The notes under the pieces: model-generated | The model's database searches: none | Seen by the model: only the letters and a program-made list of their open reading frames with translations | Told to the model about the DNA's origin: nothing | Part shown: positions 7,450-17,307 of the stretch, one piece after another | Numbering within the stretch: position 1 is the stretch's first letter | How the letters are laid out: every line of letters begins with the position of its first letter | Program-made: the position numbers and the translations under genes | Assembly (NCBI GenBank): GCA_021775875.1 | Contig: JAJFHA010000011.1 | Location: 10,178-74,177 of the forward strand | Reading direction: 5' to 3' | Origin: Hyphomicrobiales bacterium | Lineage (GTDB): Bacteria; Pseudomonadota; Alphaproteobacteria; Rhizobiales; NORP267 | DNA length: 64,000 bases

Positions 7450-9135
7450 ATGTCTGGGAGTTTTCTGCAGCAGTCAGCACTCGTGATGCCGGAAGGTGAT
7501 GCTGAGCGTTTTGATACTGCTCCGGTTTCGCTAAAGCGGATATTGGTAGCGTTGGATGCTTCCGTCTACGCTAACCATGCCTTGGTTGAGGCGACAAAAT
7601 TAGCCGGATCTGCCAATGGTGTAGTTACCGGAATCCACGCTTATGCGGCAAAACTCCACGACAATCGATTTCGTCAGATGGAAGGCGGCCTGCCTGAAAA
7701 ATATCGCCAGGAAGATGAAATGGAGCGCCAACGCGGCGTCCATGATGACCTCATCACACGTGGCCTAGGCATCATCAGCGATAGCTACCACGACGAAGCC
7801 GAGAAGGTCTGCGCTGCGGCCGGAATTCCCTACCAGCGGCTCAATCCTGAAGGAAAAAACTATCGCCGTATCGTCGAGGCGACTGAGACCGGCAATTTCG
7901 ATGTTCTGGCGCTGGGTGCCCAGGGACTTGGAGTCGTGTCGGGCAGCATTCTTGGCACAGTATGCCAGCGCGTCGTGCGTCGTTCGCCCATTGATGTGCT
8001 GGTCATCAGGGACGCTGATCGGACCATTGGTGACGGGCCCCTGGTCGTGGCCCTGGACGGTTCACAACGCTCCTTTGGCGTGCTGATGACCGCGCTCGAT
8101 CTTGCCCGCCGTGTTGATGCAGAAGTGCACGCGGTTGCGGCATACGACCCGTATTTTCACTATGTTGCCTTTGACAAGATCGCCGACACCTTGAGCGAGG
8201 AAGTCAGCAATGAGTTTCGTTTTCAGGAGCAGGAACAACTGCACGAGGAAATTATCGACGCAGGTATCGCTAAAATTTACCAGTCTCATCTTGAAATTGC
8301 AGAGACAATCGCGAAGGAGGCGGGTGCCAACCTTGCTTGCAAGCTTCTCGACGGCAAACCTTATCACGCGATCGCGCAATATGTTGAGCAGGTTGGTGCC
8401 AGCTTGCTCCTGATGGGAAAGACTGGAATTCATGCCGATGCCGATTTGGATATAGGCGGGAATACGGAAGTACTTTTGAGAACAGCCCCGTGCCATGTCT
8501 GGATTGGCAACGCGACATATACACCGAGAAGTGATCTGGTGGCCCAGGAAACCATCGTCTGGACCGAAGAAGCTGAAGAAATAATGACAAGGGTGCCTGA
8601 GACCGCGCTTGGCATGGTGCGTATGGCGGTTTTGCGGATCGCCCAGGAGAGCGGCCACACAGTCATCACTTCGGCCCTGATCGAGGAAGCAACCAACCGG
8701 TTTTGTCCTGATCGGGGTGGTGTAATGCCAGGTGCTGAAGAACCAGTGAAATGGACGGATGCGGCCACGGATATGGTCAAGAATCTTGGCGATCCCGGCC
8801 TCGCAAAATCGGTGCGTCTGAGCGCTGAAAAACGGGCACGCCGCGAGAAATCAGATGCTGTCGAATCCCACCACGTCACGCCGTTCATCGAGCATTCGGA
8901 CGCTGCCAATCTGAAATGGAACGCGGCGGCGCTGGCGCGGTTGGCGCAGGTCCCGCAGATGGTGCGCGGCTCTCTCCGGGTGCGCATTGAAGCCCATGCC
9001 AACGAAGCGGAATTGATTGAAATTGATGCCGATACGGTCGAGATTATGATCAAGGAAGCCCGCCAGGTCATGAATGAGACGATGCGGACAGGAGGGCACC
9101 CGGATAATGGTGACGCGAGCGATGGCAATGCCTGA
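7450..9135 (+). CDS. Tandem universal-stress-protein (UspA) domains fused to two or three PCP_red-like (BchB/ChlB C-terminal-like) repeats
   Basis: GGGGGA lies 5 nt before the ATG at 7450; the longest ORF starts at TTG 7396. There are two USP-like halves (ILVALDAS...VLVIRD and LVVALDGS...HVWIG). The C-terminal repeats are VWTEEAEEIMTRVPETALGMVRMAVLRIAQESGHTVIT and LKWNAAALARLAQVPQMVRGSLRVRIEAHANEAEL. Confidence 0.7.
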   Translation: MSGSFLQQSALVMPEGDAERFDTAPVSLKRILVALDASVYANHALVEATKLAGSANGVVTGIHAYAAKLHDNRFRQMEGGLPEKYRQEDEMERQRGVHDDLITRGLGIISDSYHDEAEKVCAAAGIPYQRLNPEGKNYRRIVEATETGNFDVLALGAQGLGVVSGSILGTVCQRVVRRSPIDVLVIRDADRTIGDGPLVVALDGSQRSFGVLMTALDLARRVDAEVHAVAAYDPYFHYVAFDKIADTLSEEVSNEFRFQEQEQLHEEIIDAGIAKIYQSHLEIAETIAKEAGANLACKLLDGKPYHAIAQYVEQVGASLLLMGKTGIHADADLDIGGNTEVLLRTAPCHVWIGNATYTPRSDLVAQETIVWTEEAEEIMTRVPETALGMVRMAVLRIAQESGHTVITSALIEEATNRFCPDRGGVMPGAEEPVKWTDAATDMVKNLGDPGLAKSVRLSAEKRARREKSDAVESHHVTPFIEHSDAANLKWNAAALARLAQVPQMVRGSLRVRIEAHANEAELIEIDADTVEIMIKEARQVMNETMRTGGHPDNGDASDGNA

Positions 9136-10438
9136 CCCTGTCGAAACACCGTTCCTCGTCGCCCTCAACCTGACGCGCCGCTGCAATCTGAAATGTGCCC
9201 ATTGCTATCTTGATGCAGGCATGAGGCGAAACGGCGAACCGGGAGAACTCGAAACTCAGGAAGTTTTCAATCTACTCGACGATATTGCCGCTTTGAGCGA
9301 CGAAACCATGGTTGTGGTGACTGGCGGGGAGCCGTTGTTACGGCTGGATATTCTTGAAATTTGCAGCCACGCATCCGGTCTCGGGCTGATGGTGGTGATG
9401 GGCACCAACGGCACCCTTCTCGACAAGAAACGCGTTCAGGAATTGCAAAATGCAGGGGTCAGGGCCGTCGGGATAAGCCTTGATTCATTGAGGCCCGAAT
9501 ACCATGACGATTTTCGCGGTGTAAAAGATGCGTGGGCGCAAACCATGAGCGGGATCGACAATTGCCGCGAAGCTGGTCTGATGTTCCAGGTTCATTTCTC
9601 GGTCACCGACGAAAATGCCCATGAGATCGACGACATTATCGATTTCGTACGCTCGGTCGGCGGGTCCGTTCTCAATTTTTTCTTTCTGGTCTGCACGGGA
9701 CGCGGCGAAACCTTTTCCAAAATATCGAGCAATGTTTATGAAGCTTCGCTCAGGCGGATCGCAGAAGCCGCCGCCGCGGAAACCGAGCTTCTTATCCGCG
9801 CCCGATGCGCCCCGCATTTTAAGCGCATGGCGCTCGAAATGCAGTCCCGCCTGCAAGTGACCCAGCTTGATGGCTACGAGGCCGGGGGGTGCCTTGCTGG
9901 CACGCATTATTGCCGGGTTACGCCCCACGGGAGAATTACACCATGCCCGTATATGGAAATCTCAGCGGGTTCTATCCGTGAGCAGGATTTTGCCACCGTC
10001 TGGCGCGACGCCCCGTTATTCGAAAAATTCCGCAATCCGAAGTTGGAGGGACGTTGCGGGGAATGCGAATTTTCAAAATTGTGCGGAGGGTGCAGGGCGC
10101 GGCCGTATGCGCGCGACGGCAATCTGATGGGTGAGGATTTTTTGTGCGAGTATCAGCCAGCGGGCGGTGCCGTCATTGAACCATATCTTCCGAAAGCTGG
10201 GGTTGTACCCTGGAGCCCGGAGGCCGAGGAGCGCCTTCAACGCGTCCCGTCCTTCGTGCGCCGTTTTGTCCGTCTGCGCGCGGAAACCCACGTTCATGAG
10301 GTAGGTGAAACCACCGTCACAGTGGAGCATTTGAAGACCCTGGCAAAGCGCCGGTTTGGCGAGGCCGGACCGCCCCTGGGAGGGTTCCCGGACATTATTC
10401 GGAACGTGGACACAACCAATATAAAGCGAAACCACTAA
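9107..10438 (+). CDS. Radical SAM/SPASM enzyme of the AhbC/AhbD/NirJ tetrapyrrole-modifying type with a C-terminal PCP_red domain
   Basis: The C-x3-C-x2-C motif CNLKCAHC lies at 9182-9205. Family-like blocks include VVTGGEPLL, FFFLVCTGRG and ARCAPHF. A Cys-rich SPASM region is present (CGECEFSKLCGGCRARPY). The tail is VPWSPEAEERLQRVPSFVRRFVRLRAETHVHEVGETTVTVEHL. The start is ambiguous (9074, 9107, 9122 or 9128) and overlaps the end of the upstream gene. Confidence 0.85.
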   Translation: MVTRAMAMPDPVETPFLVALNLTRRCNLKCAHCYLDAGMRRNGEPGELETQEVFNLLDDIAALSDETMVVVTGGEPLLRLDILEICSHASGLGLMVVMGTNGTLLDKKRVQELQNAGVRAVGISLDSLRPEYHDDFRGVKDAWAQTMSGIDNCREAGLMFQVHFSVTDENAHEIDDIIDFVRSVGGSVLNFFFLVCTGRGETFSKISSNVYEASLRRIAEAAAAETELLIRARCAPHFKRMALEMQSRLQVTQLDGYEAGGCLAGTHYCRVTPHGRITPCPYMEISAGSIREQDFATVWRDAPLFEKFRNPKLEGRCGECEFSKLCGGCRARPYARDGNLMGEDFLCEYQPAGGAVIEPYLPKAGVVPWSPEAEERLQRVPSFVRRFVRLRAETHVHEVGETTVTVEHLKTLAKRRFGEAGPPLGGFPDIIRNVDTTNIKRNH

Positions 10439-11853
10439 TGTACGATGCTGCGGTCATAGGCGGTGGCATATCGGGCCTCGCTGCGGCCTACGAGCTGCAG
10501 AAATCAGGATACAAGGTTGTCGTCATCGAGCGCCAGGTCAGGGTAGGAGGCAAAGCCCATACGGGGAATCTGAATGGATTTTTGATGGAATATGGCGCAA
10601 GTTCGATCAATGGAGCGTCAATCAGAGCTTCTGCATTCTCAACCGAACTTGGCCTTGACGGCGAGCGTTGCCAATTGGGACCAGACGTTCGCAAGCGGTA
10701 TCTTATCAAGAACGGTCGTTTGAACGGGATTGCCAAACATCCGTTTGGTTTTTTGACGTCCAGCTATCTCTCCCTGCCATCGCGTCTCAGGCTTCTGACA
10801 GAAATTTTCCGGTCTGCCGGACCAGACAACGAAGAGACGGTGGCCGAATTCTGCACCCGCCGCTTTGGCAGGGAATTTTCTGCGCGTATCATCGACCCGC
10901 TGATTGGTGGGTTATTTGCCGCCCGCGCGACCGAACTGTCATTGTCGGCGGTTTTCCCTAAATTGCAGTCATTTGAAAAGCAATACGGATCGGTCACGAT
11001 GGGTGCGATCCGGCGGCGGATGGAGGGCAACAAGATGCCCGCCCGCCTGCTCTATTCATGGCAGCGCGGGATCGGCGCATTGCCGAACGCTCTCGCAGGG
11101 CAACTTGGTTCAAACATCAAAACCGGAATCACCGTCCGGGGTATCGATGCGTTGCGTCAAGGATATCGCCTCAAGTTTGCTGGTGGTGGGTCGCTGGATG
11201 CGCGTTCGGTCATTGTCGCGACGCAGCCTCACGTTACAGCTGACCTCCTGCAATCGCTCGATCTGGAAGCAGCAGAAGCAGCCGCCGAAATTCACGCGCC
11301 CCCAATCACCGTCATCTTTATGGGGTTCCGCCGTGAGGATGTTGATCATCCCCTCGACGGCATTGGGTCCCTGTCACCGGAGAGCGAGAAAAGGACGCTG
11401 TCTGGGATATTGTTCCCAACGACCATGTTTCCCGGACGGGCGCCCGAAGGCTGTGTTTCGCTGTCGGGCTATATTGCCGGCGCCCGGTCTCCGGATTTGG
11501 TGAAATTGCCGCTTGAAGACCAGGCGGCTTTGGCACGAGAAGAATTTCGCCATTTGCTGGGCGTCAGGGGAGAACCCCTTGTCACGCGCGTACACCATTG
11601 GCATCGCGGATTGCCCCAGGCGCGCATCGGCCACGGGAGATTGATATCGAAATTCTCCGAACTTGAATCCCGGCGACCAGGAATGTTTGTTACAGGAAAT
11701 TATTTCTCAAGTCCCTCGATCGCAAATTGTGTTGAAACGGCCAGAGAGACGGTGGCCCGTGTTGCGCAATTCCTGGGAGCACAGGAAAATACCAGCAGAG
11801 AAAACGAGACGGGCGGCGTGAGGTTCACTGCTTCGGGGACCGGGCAAAAATGA
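10438..11853 (+). CDS. FAD-dependent protoporphyrinogen/coproporphyrinogen oxidase-like flavoprotein (HemY/CgoX family)
   Basis: The N-terminal dinucleotide fold is AAVIGGGISGLAAAYEL...ERQVRVGGK. The overall length and the C-terminal block GMFVTGNYFSSPSIANCVETA are typical of the PPOX family. The start overlaps the radical SAM stop (TAATG). Confidence 0.8.
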   Translation: MYDAAVIGGGISGLAAAYELQKSGYKVVVIERQVRVGGKAHTGNLNGFLMEYGASSINGASIRASAFSTELGLDGERCQLGPDVRKRYLIKNGRLNGIAKHPFGFLTSSYLSLPSRLRLLTEIFRSAGPDNEETVAEFCTRRFGREFSARIIDPLIGGLFAARATELSLSAVFPKLQSFEKQYGSVTMGAIRRRMEGNKMPARLLYSWQRGIGALPNALAGQLGSNIKTGITVRGIDALRQGYRLKFAGGGSLDARSVIVATQPHVTADLLQSLDLEAAEAAAEIHAPPITVIFMGFRREDVDHPLDGIGSLSPESEKRTLSGILFPTTMFPGRAPEGCVSLSGYIAGARSPDLVKLPLEDQAALAREEFRHLLGVRGEPLVTRVHHWHRGLPQARIGHGRLISKFSELESRRPGMFVTGNYFSSPSIANCVETARETVARVAQFLGAQENTSRENETGGVRFTASGTGQK

Positions 11854-12197
11854 ACCTTGCGCAAGACCCAGACAGTGTCAGATCCAGATCGACGGGCAAA
11901 GGATTCCTGGGGCTTTTCGTAATGTTTGCGGTTACTGCACTGATCCTGAGATTTGTTTTCAGCAGTGCCGAATATTACGGGGATCAAGTTGGACTGGCGA
12001 GATATTGTGGTGATCCGGTTGCAACAATTGACAGGGTCAAAATGATACTTGCCTCGGATATTCCGAGCGACGGTAATGAGCGACGGCCCTACATTGTAGC
12101 TGCAAAATTGCTGTATCTGGTCCCCCAACTGCACGATGAGACCATAGAAGCCTATTCGGTGAGGCTCCTCGAAGAAATCGAGGAAAGATGCCGGTAG
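11850..12197 (+). CDS. Hypothetical N-terminally membrane-anchored protein
   Basis: It overlaps the PPOX-like gene by ATGA. It has one TM helix (GFLGLFVMFAVTALILRFVF). I recognise no family. Confidence 0.5.
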   Translation: MNLAQDPDSVRSRSTGKGFLGLFVMFAVTALILRFVFSSAEYYGDQVGLARYCGDPVATIDRVKMILASDIPSDGNERRPYIVAAKLLYLVPQLHDETIEAYSVRLLEEIEERCR

Positions 12198-12218
12198 GCC
12201 CGAATTGCCACTTCCAAA

Positions 12219-14501
12219 TTACTTCAAATCTTGGCTGGACTGGTAAATGCGTCTTTGACGACGTGCCGCAAACAGGAACAATAGACCGGCCAAAGCTCCG
12301 CCCAATCCAGAGTAACCATAGACCCTCAATGGCTGTTCATCCTGCTGCAATAACAGCCAATACCACGACGTCATCGAGTGCCGGCTGCCTTGTTGCCCGG
12401 CCCAGCCATCCCAGTTGGCAAAAGCAACGGGGATGTACCGCCCGACTTCGAATTGCAGATCTCGGCCATCTTCGGTTTCCAAAGGCCGCGTGAATACAAT
12501 TCGCCACATTCCGTTTTCCCAAGCGCCGCTGCCCGCAAGGTCGCCAATCTCAGGGCGATGGGTCGGCGGCTCATCCGGGCCAGTTGCGTCCATAAGAGCT
12601 ACCTGCTGGGGGTTCCCTGCCTCTTGGTTGGGTGCTCGCCAATACCACATGTTTACCCCGTGCCCGGGATCGCCATGGCGGAACCAGGGCCTCTCGCTGG
12701 TGACTGGAATTTCGATTGGGAACTGGATCGCGGCAGCATCCGGCGTTGGCGTGAACTGGTCGTCGCGATACGGAACCTCTTCGGTTGCTCCTGGAACCGA
12801 GAAACTGCGGTCATCGATATCAAGACGCAACGCGATATCGTCCACATTGTATAGCGCACGCACCGTTACAGTATCGTTGAGTGAATAATAAAGTCGCTCG
12901 CCCTTGATGACGTTGGGGGCAAAAGGAAATGTGATGGCCGGTGCCTCGTCCCATCGCGGGTCGTTCGGGTCATCGGGCAACGCCCCGTCCACACGCAACG
13001 CGCGGATAACCGTCTCCCCGATTGTTACCGGGTTCGAATTGTCGCGCAGAGTCATTGCGTAATTGGCAATGTCCCAACGCTCGTCTTCCGACATTGTCGT
13101 CGTATGCTCCGGCATCGGCGTGCCACGGATGCCGCCACTGATCCGTTGGAAAATGTCCTCGGCATCGAGTGTGGCGCGCCAGGTTTCCGGCCTTGTAAGA
13201 TTGCGCGGCCATATCCTGTCCTGCCAGTCATCTCTAAGCACTTTGCCCGAAGTTACATTGCCGCGCCCTTCGGTCCCGTGGCATTGTACACACGCCTTTA
13301 CAAACAGTTCAGCTCCCCGGCTTAAGGAATCAGTATTGCTTTCCACGCGTACGCCCATTTCCATCGGCAGGGTCCCGAGATCTTCTTCGGCTTCCCCGTC
13401 CCAATAACCGAATTCACGAATGAGCGTTACCAACCCGTCGATTTGTGGCGCGGTCAGCACTTCACCCCACGCCGGCATGGATGTGCCCGGCAGGCCGTCG
13501 CGGATTGTGGCGGCGATATCTGTATCAAACGGGAATTCGGAATCTGCGGCACTGGTTTTGTATTTGAAAACCCCAAGCGTAAAATCCCGTGGCCTGGGAT
13601 AAAGAAATTCCGCAGCCGGTCCGTCGCCTTCACCTTCCGAACCATGGCACTGAGCGCAGCGTGTGTCATAGACCTGGCGTATGGGGTCCTGGTCCGAGGT
13701 CGTAACAGGTACTTCCGTCTGCCCAGACGCACCTTGTTCCTCAAGCTCCCACGATCTCGGTTCATATCCGGTATAATCATAGAGGAAAGAAATGATCTTC
13801 CAGATTTCCTCTTCACTCAGAATCTCGTGCCAGACCGGCATGGCGGATGCCCACGGCGCACCTTCTCGCGGCAGACCCGGGGCACCGGTGGCGATGCGCC
13901 AGAACAGATAAGATTCCTGAAGTTGGGCGATCGTTCCCACATCCTGAAAATTTGCCGGGCGTGGATTGAAGGCTGCGCCAAGATGTCCTTGCCCGTCGAG
14001 ATTGTCGCCATGGCAAAAGACACAATTCTCGTAATACAGGCTCCGGCCTTCCGCGATCATTTCAATGTAAGCATCGCTCCCGCCCGGCATCGTTTCGCGC
14101 AGGGGATTTTGCAGCGTCGCCAGGTCATAAGTGTTTCCATATATCCTAAGCGACGACGGTGGTGCCGGATGTACGGTCCTCAACTCAATCGGCGCATCGC
14201 TCCCAGGCTTCACCCACAGGTAGGTGAGGCCACTGGCCAGAGCGACAATTCCCAAAAATGAGCATAAACGAAGAATCCTGAAACCGGGCGCACCAAGAAC
14301 GAGGTGAAACGGATTGAGGAACCTCGCAAATGTTTCATCGTCAAACGACACGACCAGCAATATCCCGACCACGCAAATTACCATGAATTGAATCAGGAGC
14401 GTGACCGGTACGGGAGGTGAAATCACATAGGCAAAGAGCACGTATAATCCGGCGACCACCAGGCAGGATACAAAGAGGGGATGCGTTATGAAGCGTTTCA
14501 T
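12219..14501 (-). CDS. Membrane-anchored tri-haem cytochrome c fused to an EB_dh-like (ethylbenzene dehydrogenase gamma / DOMON-like haem-binding) domain
   Basis: It has three CxxCH motifs (CVFCHG, CAQCHG, CVQCHG). It has N-terminal TM helices and a C-terminal TM helix (GALAGLLFLFAARR). The C-terminal third (PNDPRWDEAPAITFPF...VRALYNVDDIALRLDIDD...GVNMWYWRA...ANWDGWAGQQGSRHSMTSWYWLLL) resembles EB_dh domains. The start MKRFITHP overlaps the upstream stop by ATGA; the longest ORF runs to 14567. Confidence 0.8.
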   Translation of the reverse strand: MKRFITHPLFVSCLVVAGLYVLFAYVISPPVPVTLLIQFMVICVVGILLVVSFDDETFARFLNPFHLVLGAPGFRILRLCSFLGIVALASGLTYLWVKPGSDAPIELRTVHPAPPSSLRIYGNTYDLATLQNPLRETMPGGSDAYIEMIAEGRSLYYENCVFCHGDNLDGQGHLGAAFNPRPANFQDVGTIAQLQESYLFWRIATGAPGLPREGAPWASAMPVWHEILSEEEIWKIISFLYDYTGYEPRSWELEEQGASGQTEVPVTTSDQDPIRQVYDTRCAQCHGSEGEGDGPAAEFLYPRPRDFTLGVFKYKTSAADSEFPFDTDIAATIRDGLPGTSMPAWGEVLTAPQIDGLVTLIREFGYWDGEAEEDLGTLPMEMGVRVESNTDSLSRGAELFVKACVQCHGTEGRGNVTSGKVLRDDWQDRIWPRNLTRPETWRATLDAEDIFQRISGGIRGTPMPEHTTTMSEDERWDIANYAMTLRDNSNPVTIGETVIRALRVDGALPDDPNDPRWDEAPAITFPFAPNVIKGERLYYSLNDTVTVRALYNVDDIALRLDIDDRSFSVPGATEEVPYRDDQFTPTPDAAAIQFPIEIPVTSERPWFRHGDPGHGVNMWYWRAPNQEAGNPQQVALMDATGPDEPPTHRPEIGDLAGSGAWENGMWRIVFTRPLETEDGRDLQFEVGRYIPVAFANWDGWAGQQGSRHSMTSWYWLLLQQDEQPLRVYGYSGLGGALAGLLFLFAARRQRRIYQSSQDLK

Positions 14502-15352
14502 TGGACGGCCTCGCCGGCTCCAAGCGCGATCAGATAATCGACAACCAGTTCCAGCTCGCTCGCCCACATCTGCTCAGCGTAATCTGGCGGCATGAAGTCG
14601 GCTTCATAGCCATCCGCAATCTCGGCATTGGGGTCAATGATAGCTGCCCTGAGTTGATGGCGCTGCATTTGCTGCACGGTCTCAGCAAGATCGGGGCCGA
14701 TATCGGCTCCCGACCCGAACAGATCATGACACCCGGCACAGCCGAGATTGGCGATGATATCCTCCGCCGAGGTCAAAGGCCACACGTCTTCCGAGGGCGT
14801 CTCCTCAACATTTGCACTCTCGACGGCATCTGCTGCCGACGGCAGCGCAACTGTTACCTCGAAACCTGCCAGATCCTGCAAAAAGCCGATAAGCGCGTCT
14901 GTTTCCGTTGCCGATAAGGAAATTGGCGCAGCATCTACGCGCGGCATCGGGCTTTCAGTATCGTTGGTCCCCTTTTTCCCGAATCCGTCGACAACAAAAG
15001 CGGACGGATCGATCATGGATTCACGTAGATAAATTTCAATTGCAGCCGCACCACTTAACCCTGCAGCGGCCCCTGCATAGCGTTGATCGGCAATGCGCTC
15101 AGGAAGCGTCGCTGCCAGATCCAGTTCGAGTAGATCGGGCGCCCGGCCCAGATTGTTATGGCAAAGCGTGCAGGTGCCCTGGCCTTCGAACAGGCGTCGG
15201 CCCCAGGCAATCTGTCCGGCTACATCTAGGGAACTTTCATCGATCTCCTCGGTTTGCGGCGGATCGGATTGTACCTGGGGCAGAATATTCGCAAATATCG
15301 TAAAGGCGAACATAATCGCCAGGCTGAAAACAGTGATCCGGAGAAGGGTCAT
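14498..15352 (-). CDS. Di-haem c-type cytochrome, N-terminally anchored or secreted
   Basis: It has two CxxCH motifs (CTLCHN, CAGCHD) and a hydrophobic N-terminus (LLRITVFSLAIMFAFTIFANI). It overlaps both neighbouring genes by ATGA. Confidence 0.8.
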   Translation of the reverse strand: MTLLRITVFSLAIMFAFTIFANILPQVQSDPPQTEEIDESSLDVAGQIAWGRRLFEGQGTCTLCHNNLGRAPDLLELDLAATLPERIADQRYAGAAAGLSGAAAIEIYLRESMIDPSAFVVDGFGKKGTNDTESPMPRVDAAPISLSATETDALIGFLQDLAGFEVTVALPSAADAVESANVEETPSEDVWPLTSAEDIIANLGCAGCHDLFGSGADIGPDLAETVQQMQRHQLRAAIIDPNAEIADGYEADFMPPDYAEQMWASELELVVDYLIALGAGEAVQ

Positions 15353-17307
15353 TTGGAAATCTTCCCGCCGGGTTTGGCCTGTTTGATTTCGCCCATCTGA
15401 CTGAGCCAGAACACAAAGACGATAACGCCCATGAAAATGAGGGTGATCATGGTAATGACATTCCCTGCCTGGCCAATGGTCGGAATATAGGCCTCAGGGG
15501 AGGTGTCTTTCATAATCGTATAGACGTGCCAATGGGTGCGTACCGAGGAGCGGATATATCCCATCAATCCCATCAGCCATGTGAAGGCGATCGGCAGGAC
15601 AAACAGCGCGTATTGAGACCGGGTCGACATCCGCCCCCAATGAACTTTGCTCCTTTTTGCCCCGCGGGACATGAACCCGTCGATGATAAGGGCAAAGATA
15701 ATTATGGAAATGGTGGTGGCTACCTGGGGAACGGAGGCTCCAACCTTGTAGACCGTGGGGGTGATGTAGCCGTAAATCCCGGCACCGACGATGTTGAGGA
15801 CACCCACCACATAGAGCGCCACAATTAGCAAATTACCGGTGCGCGCCCACGATACGGTCGGTTCGCGGCTTGAGCGATTGAACAGTTGAAACGAAAGGAA
15901 GGTTGCCACCAGCATCAAATTCACCGCCATATTCTTGGCTGGCATTATCCCGAGCGGTCCAAGAAATCCGTGATTGGTACCGCCCAGAAGGCGGATTTCC
16001 TGGGGTGTTAGAATCAATGTGTGTGGGGTGACCCAAACCAGAAATCCGCCAACGATGACCACCGCAATATATTTTACATAGGGCGCGTAGGTAGCGCCTT
16101 TCCGGGTGCGTCCCAGACCGCACCACAGGTAATAATTTGCTGCCAGAATGATGGTGCCGATCAAAACCGCCTGGATGATGAAAAGCCAGGCCAGAATCCC
16201 GCCCATGGCGGTAATGCCCATCTGCTGGCTATAGGCGTAGATTTCCGCCATCAGCCAATATCCGGCGAACGGCAGGGGTAGAAACCCGCAGACCGCGATA
16301 AAATTCGAGGTGTATCCCATCCAGTCGTAATGTGCCCGCTCGGCCGCATTTTTTGCACTCAGAAAACGGTAAGCGGCATAAGCCCCGACGATGGCTCCCC
16401 CATAAGCGATGTTTGCCAGGAACCGATGCAGGTTGAGCGGGTTCCAGAGGGGATTGCGGGTCGCTTCCCACACCGTCCCGATAACGGCACCAGTCGAGGG
16501 ATCGACACCTGACGGAGACATCATGAAAGTCGCCCATGCGTTGGCAACAAACATCAGCGTTAACCCGACCGCATTCAGCACCAGACCGATGGAAAGATGA
16601 ACCCATTTACGGTTGCCGTACCGAAGAACCCCCCAGGAATAGTAATAGATGTAGAGGAACAGGCTTTCCATCACGAACAAAGCCGCATAAATCAGCGTCT
16701 GTCCGCGAAATACCTGCATGAGATACCCCATCACAACCGGGTAGAACAGGAAAAGTGCGATGGCTAAAGCGCCGCCCGTGAGCGCCGTAAACGAATAGGC
16801 CGCCATGGAAATTTTCATGAATTCATGCGCCATGACATCGTAGCGCGGATCTTTGGTTAGAACGCCCAGCAGCTCGATGATTAAAACGAACAGGGGAACG
16901 GCAAGCACGAAGGCAGCCAGAAACAAATGCATTTGCGCAAAGACCCAAACAAAGGTCCGCCCACCCATGCCCCCCACCCGGGGATAATCACCCGGTGTGG
17001 GAACGGGTGCCGGCAATGCATCGCTGGCAGCGAAGACAAGGTCCGGAATCGCAATGGCGAATAGCAAGGCGAACCCCAAAATCCATATATTTCGGGAAAC
17101 CTCTACCACCAATTTTCTTTCAGGATGTCTTGACCAAACACAATTCCATGAGAAAGAGCTTTGCTCAAATTCAGAACCAGAAGAGGTTGGGTCCCGGGGC
17201 AACGCGCCGGTCAATACAGATTGGCTGGAAGTTGCCGAAAATTCCCGTAACAATCTGTTAGGACTGTGTGCCTTTCGCCTCCTGGAATTGCTTTTCTCCC
17301 AAGTCAT
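15349..17307 (-). CDS. CydA-like (cytochrome bd subunit I superfamily) polytopic membrane haem protein; no cydB partner in the window
   Basis: QMHLFLAAFVLAVPLFVLIIELLGVLTKDPRY aligns by eye with E. coli CydA [32 protein letters not shown]. A second conserved His lies in LNLHRFLANIAYGG. There are many TM helices and no long Q-loop. The first ~65 codons of the ORF look non-protein-like, so the true start may be TTG/GTG at about 17112/17109. Confidence 0.8.
   Translation of the reverse strand: MTWEKSNSRRRKAHSPNRLLREFSATSSQSVLTGALPRDPTSSGSEFEQSSFSWNCVWSRHPERKLVVEVSRNIWILGFALLFAIAIPDLVFAASDALPAPVPTPGDYPRVGGMGGRTFVWVFAQMHLFLAAFVLAVPLFVLIIELLGVLTKDPRYDVMAHEFMKISMAAYSFTALTGGALAIALFLFYPVVMGYLMQVFRGQTLIYAALFVMESLFLYIYYYSWGVLRYGNRKWVHLSIGLVLNAVGLTLMFVANAWATFMMSPSGVDPSTGAVIGTVWEATRNPLWNPLNLHRFLANIAYGGAIVGAYAAYRFLSAKNAAERAHYDWMGYTSNFIAVCGFLPLPFAGYWLMAEIYAYSQQMGITAMGGILAWLFIIQAVLIGTIILAANYYLWCGLGRTRKGATYAPYVKYIAVVIVGGFLVWVTPHTLILTPQEIRLLGGTNHGFLGPLGIMPAKNMAVNLMLVATFLSFQLFNRSSREPTVSWARTGNLLIVALYVVGVLNIVGAGIYGYITPTVYKVGASVPQVATTISIIIFALIIDGFMSRGAKRSKVHWGRMSTRSQYALFVLPIAFTWLMGLMGYIRSSVRTHWHVYTIMKDTSPEAYIPTIGQAGNVITMITLIFMGVIVFVFWLSQMGEIKQAKPGGKISK

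Noticed and set aside
8430-9149. 239-aa and 198-aa minus-strand ORFs lie antisense to the USP/PCP_red gene.
   Set aside because: They are shadow ORFs. The sense strand carries clear USP and PCP_red-like repeats and operon coupling.
13443-14261. A 272-aa plus-strand ORF lies opposite the tri-haem cytochrome gene.
   Set aside because: The minus strand encodes three CxxCH motifs and an EB_dh-like domain. The plus-strand translation is Arg-rich with no features.
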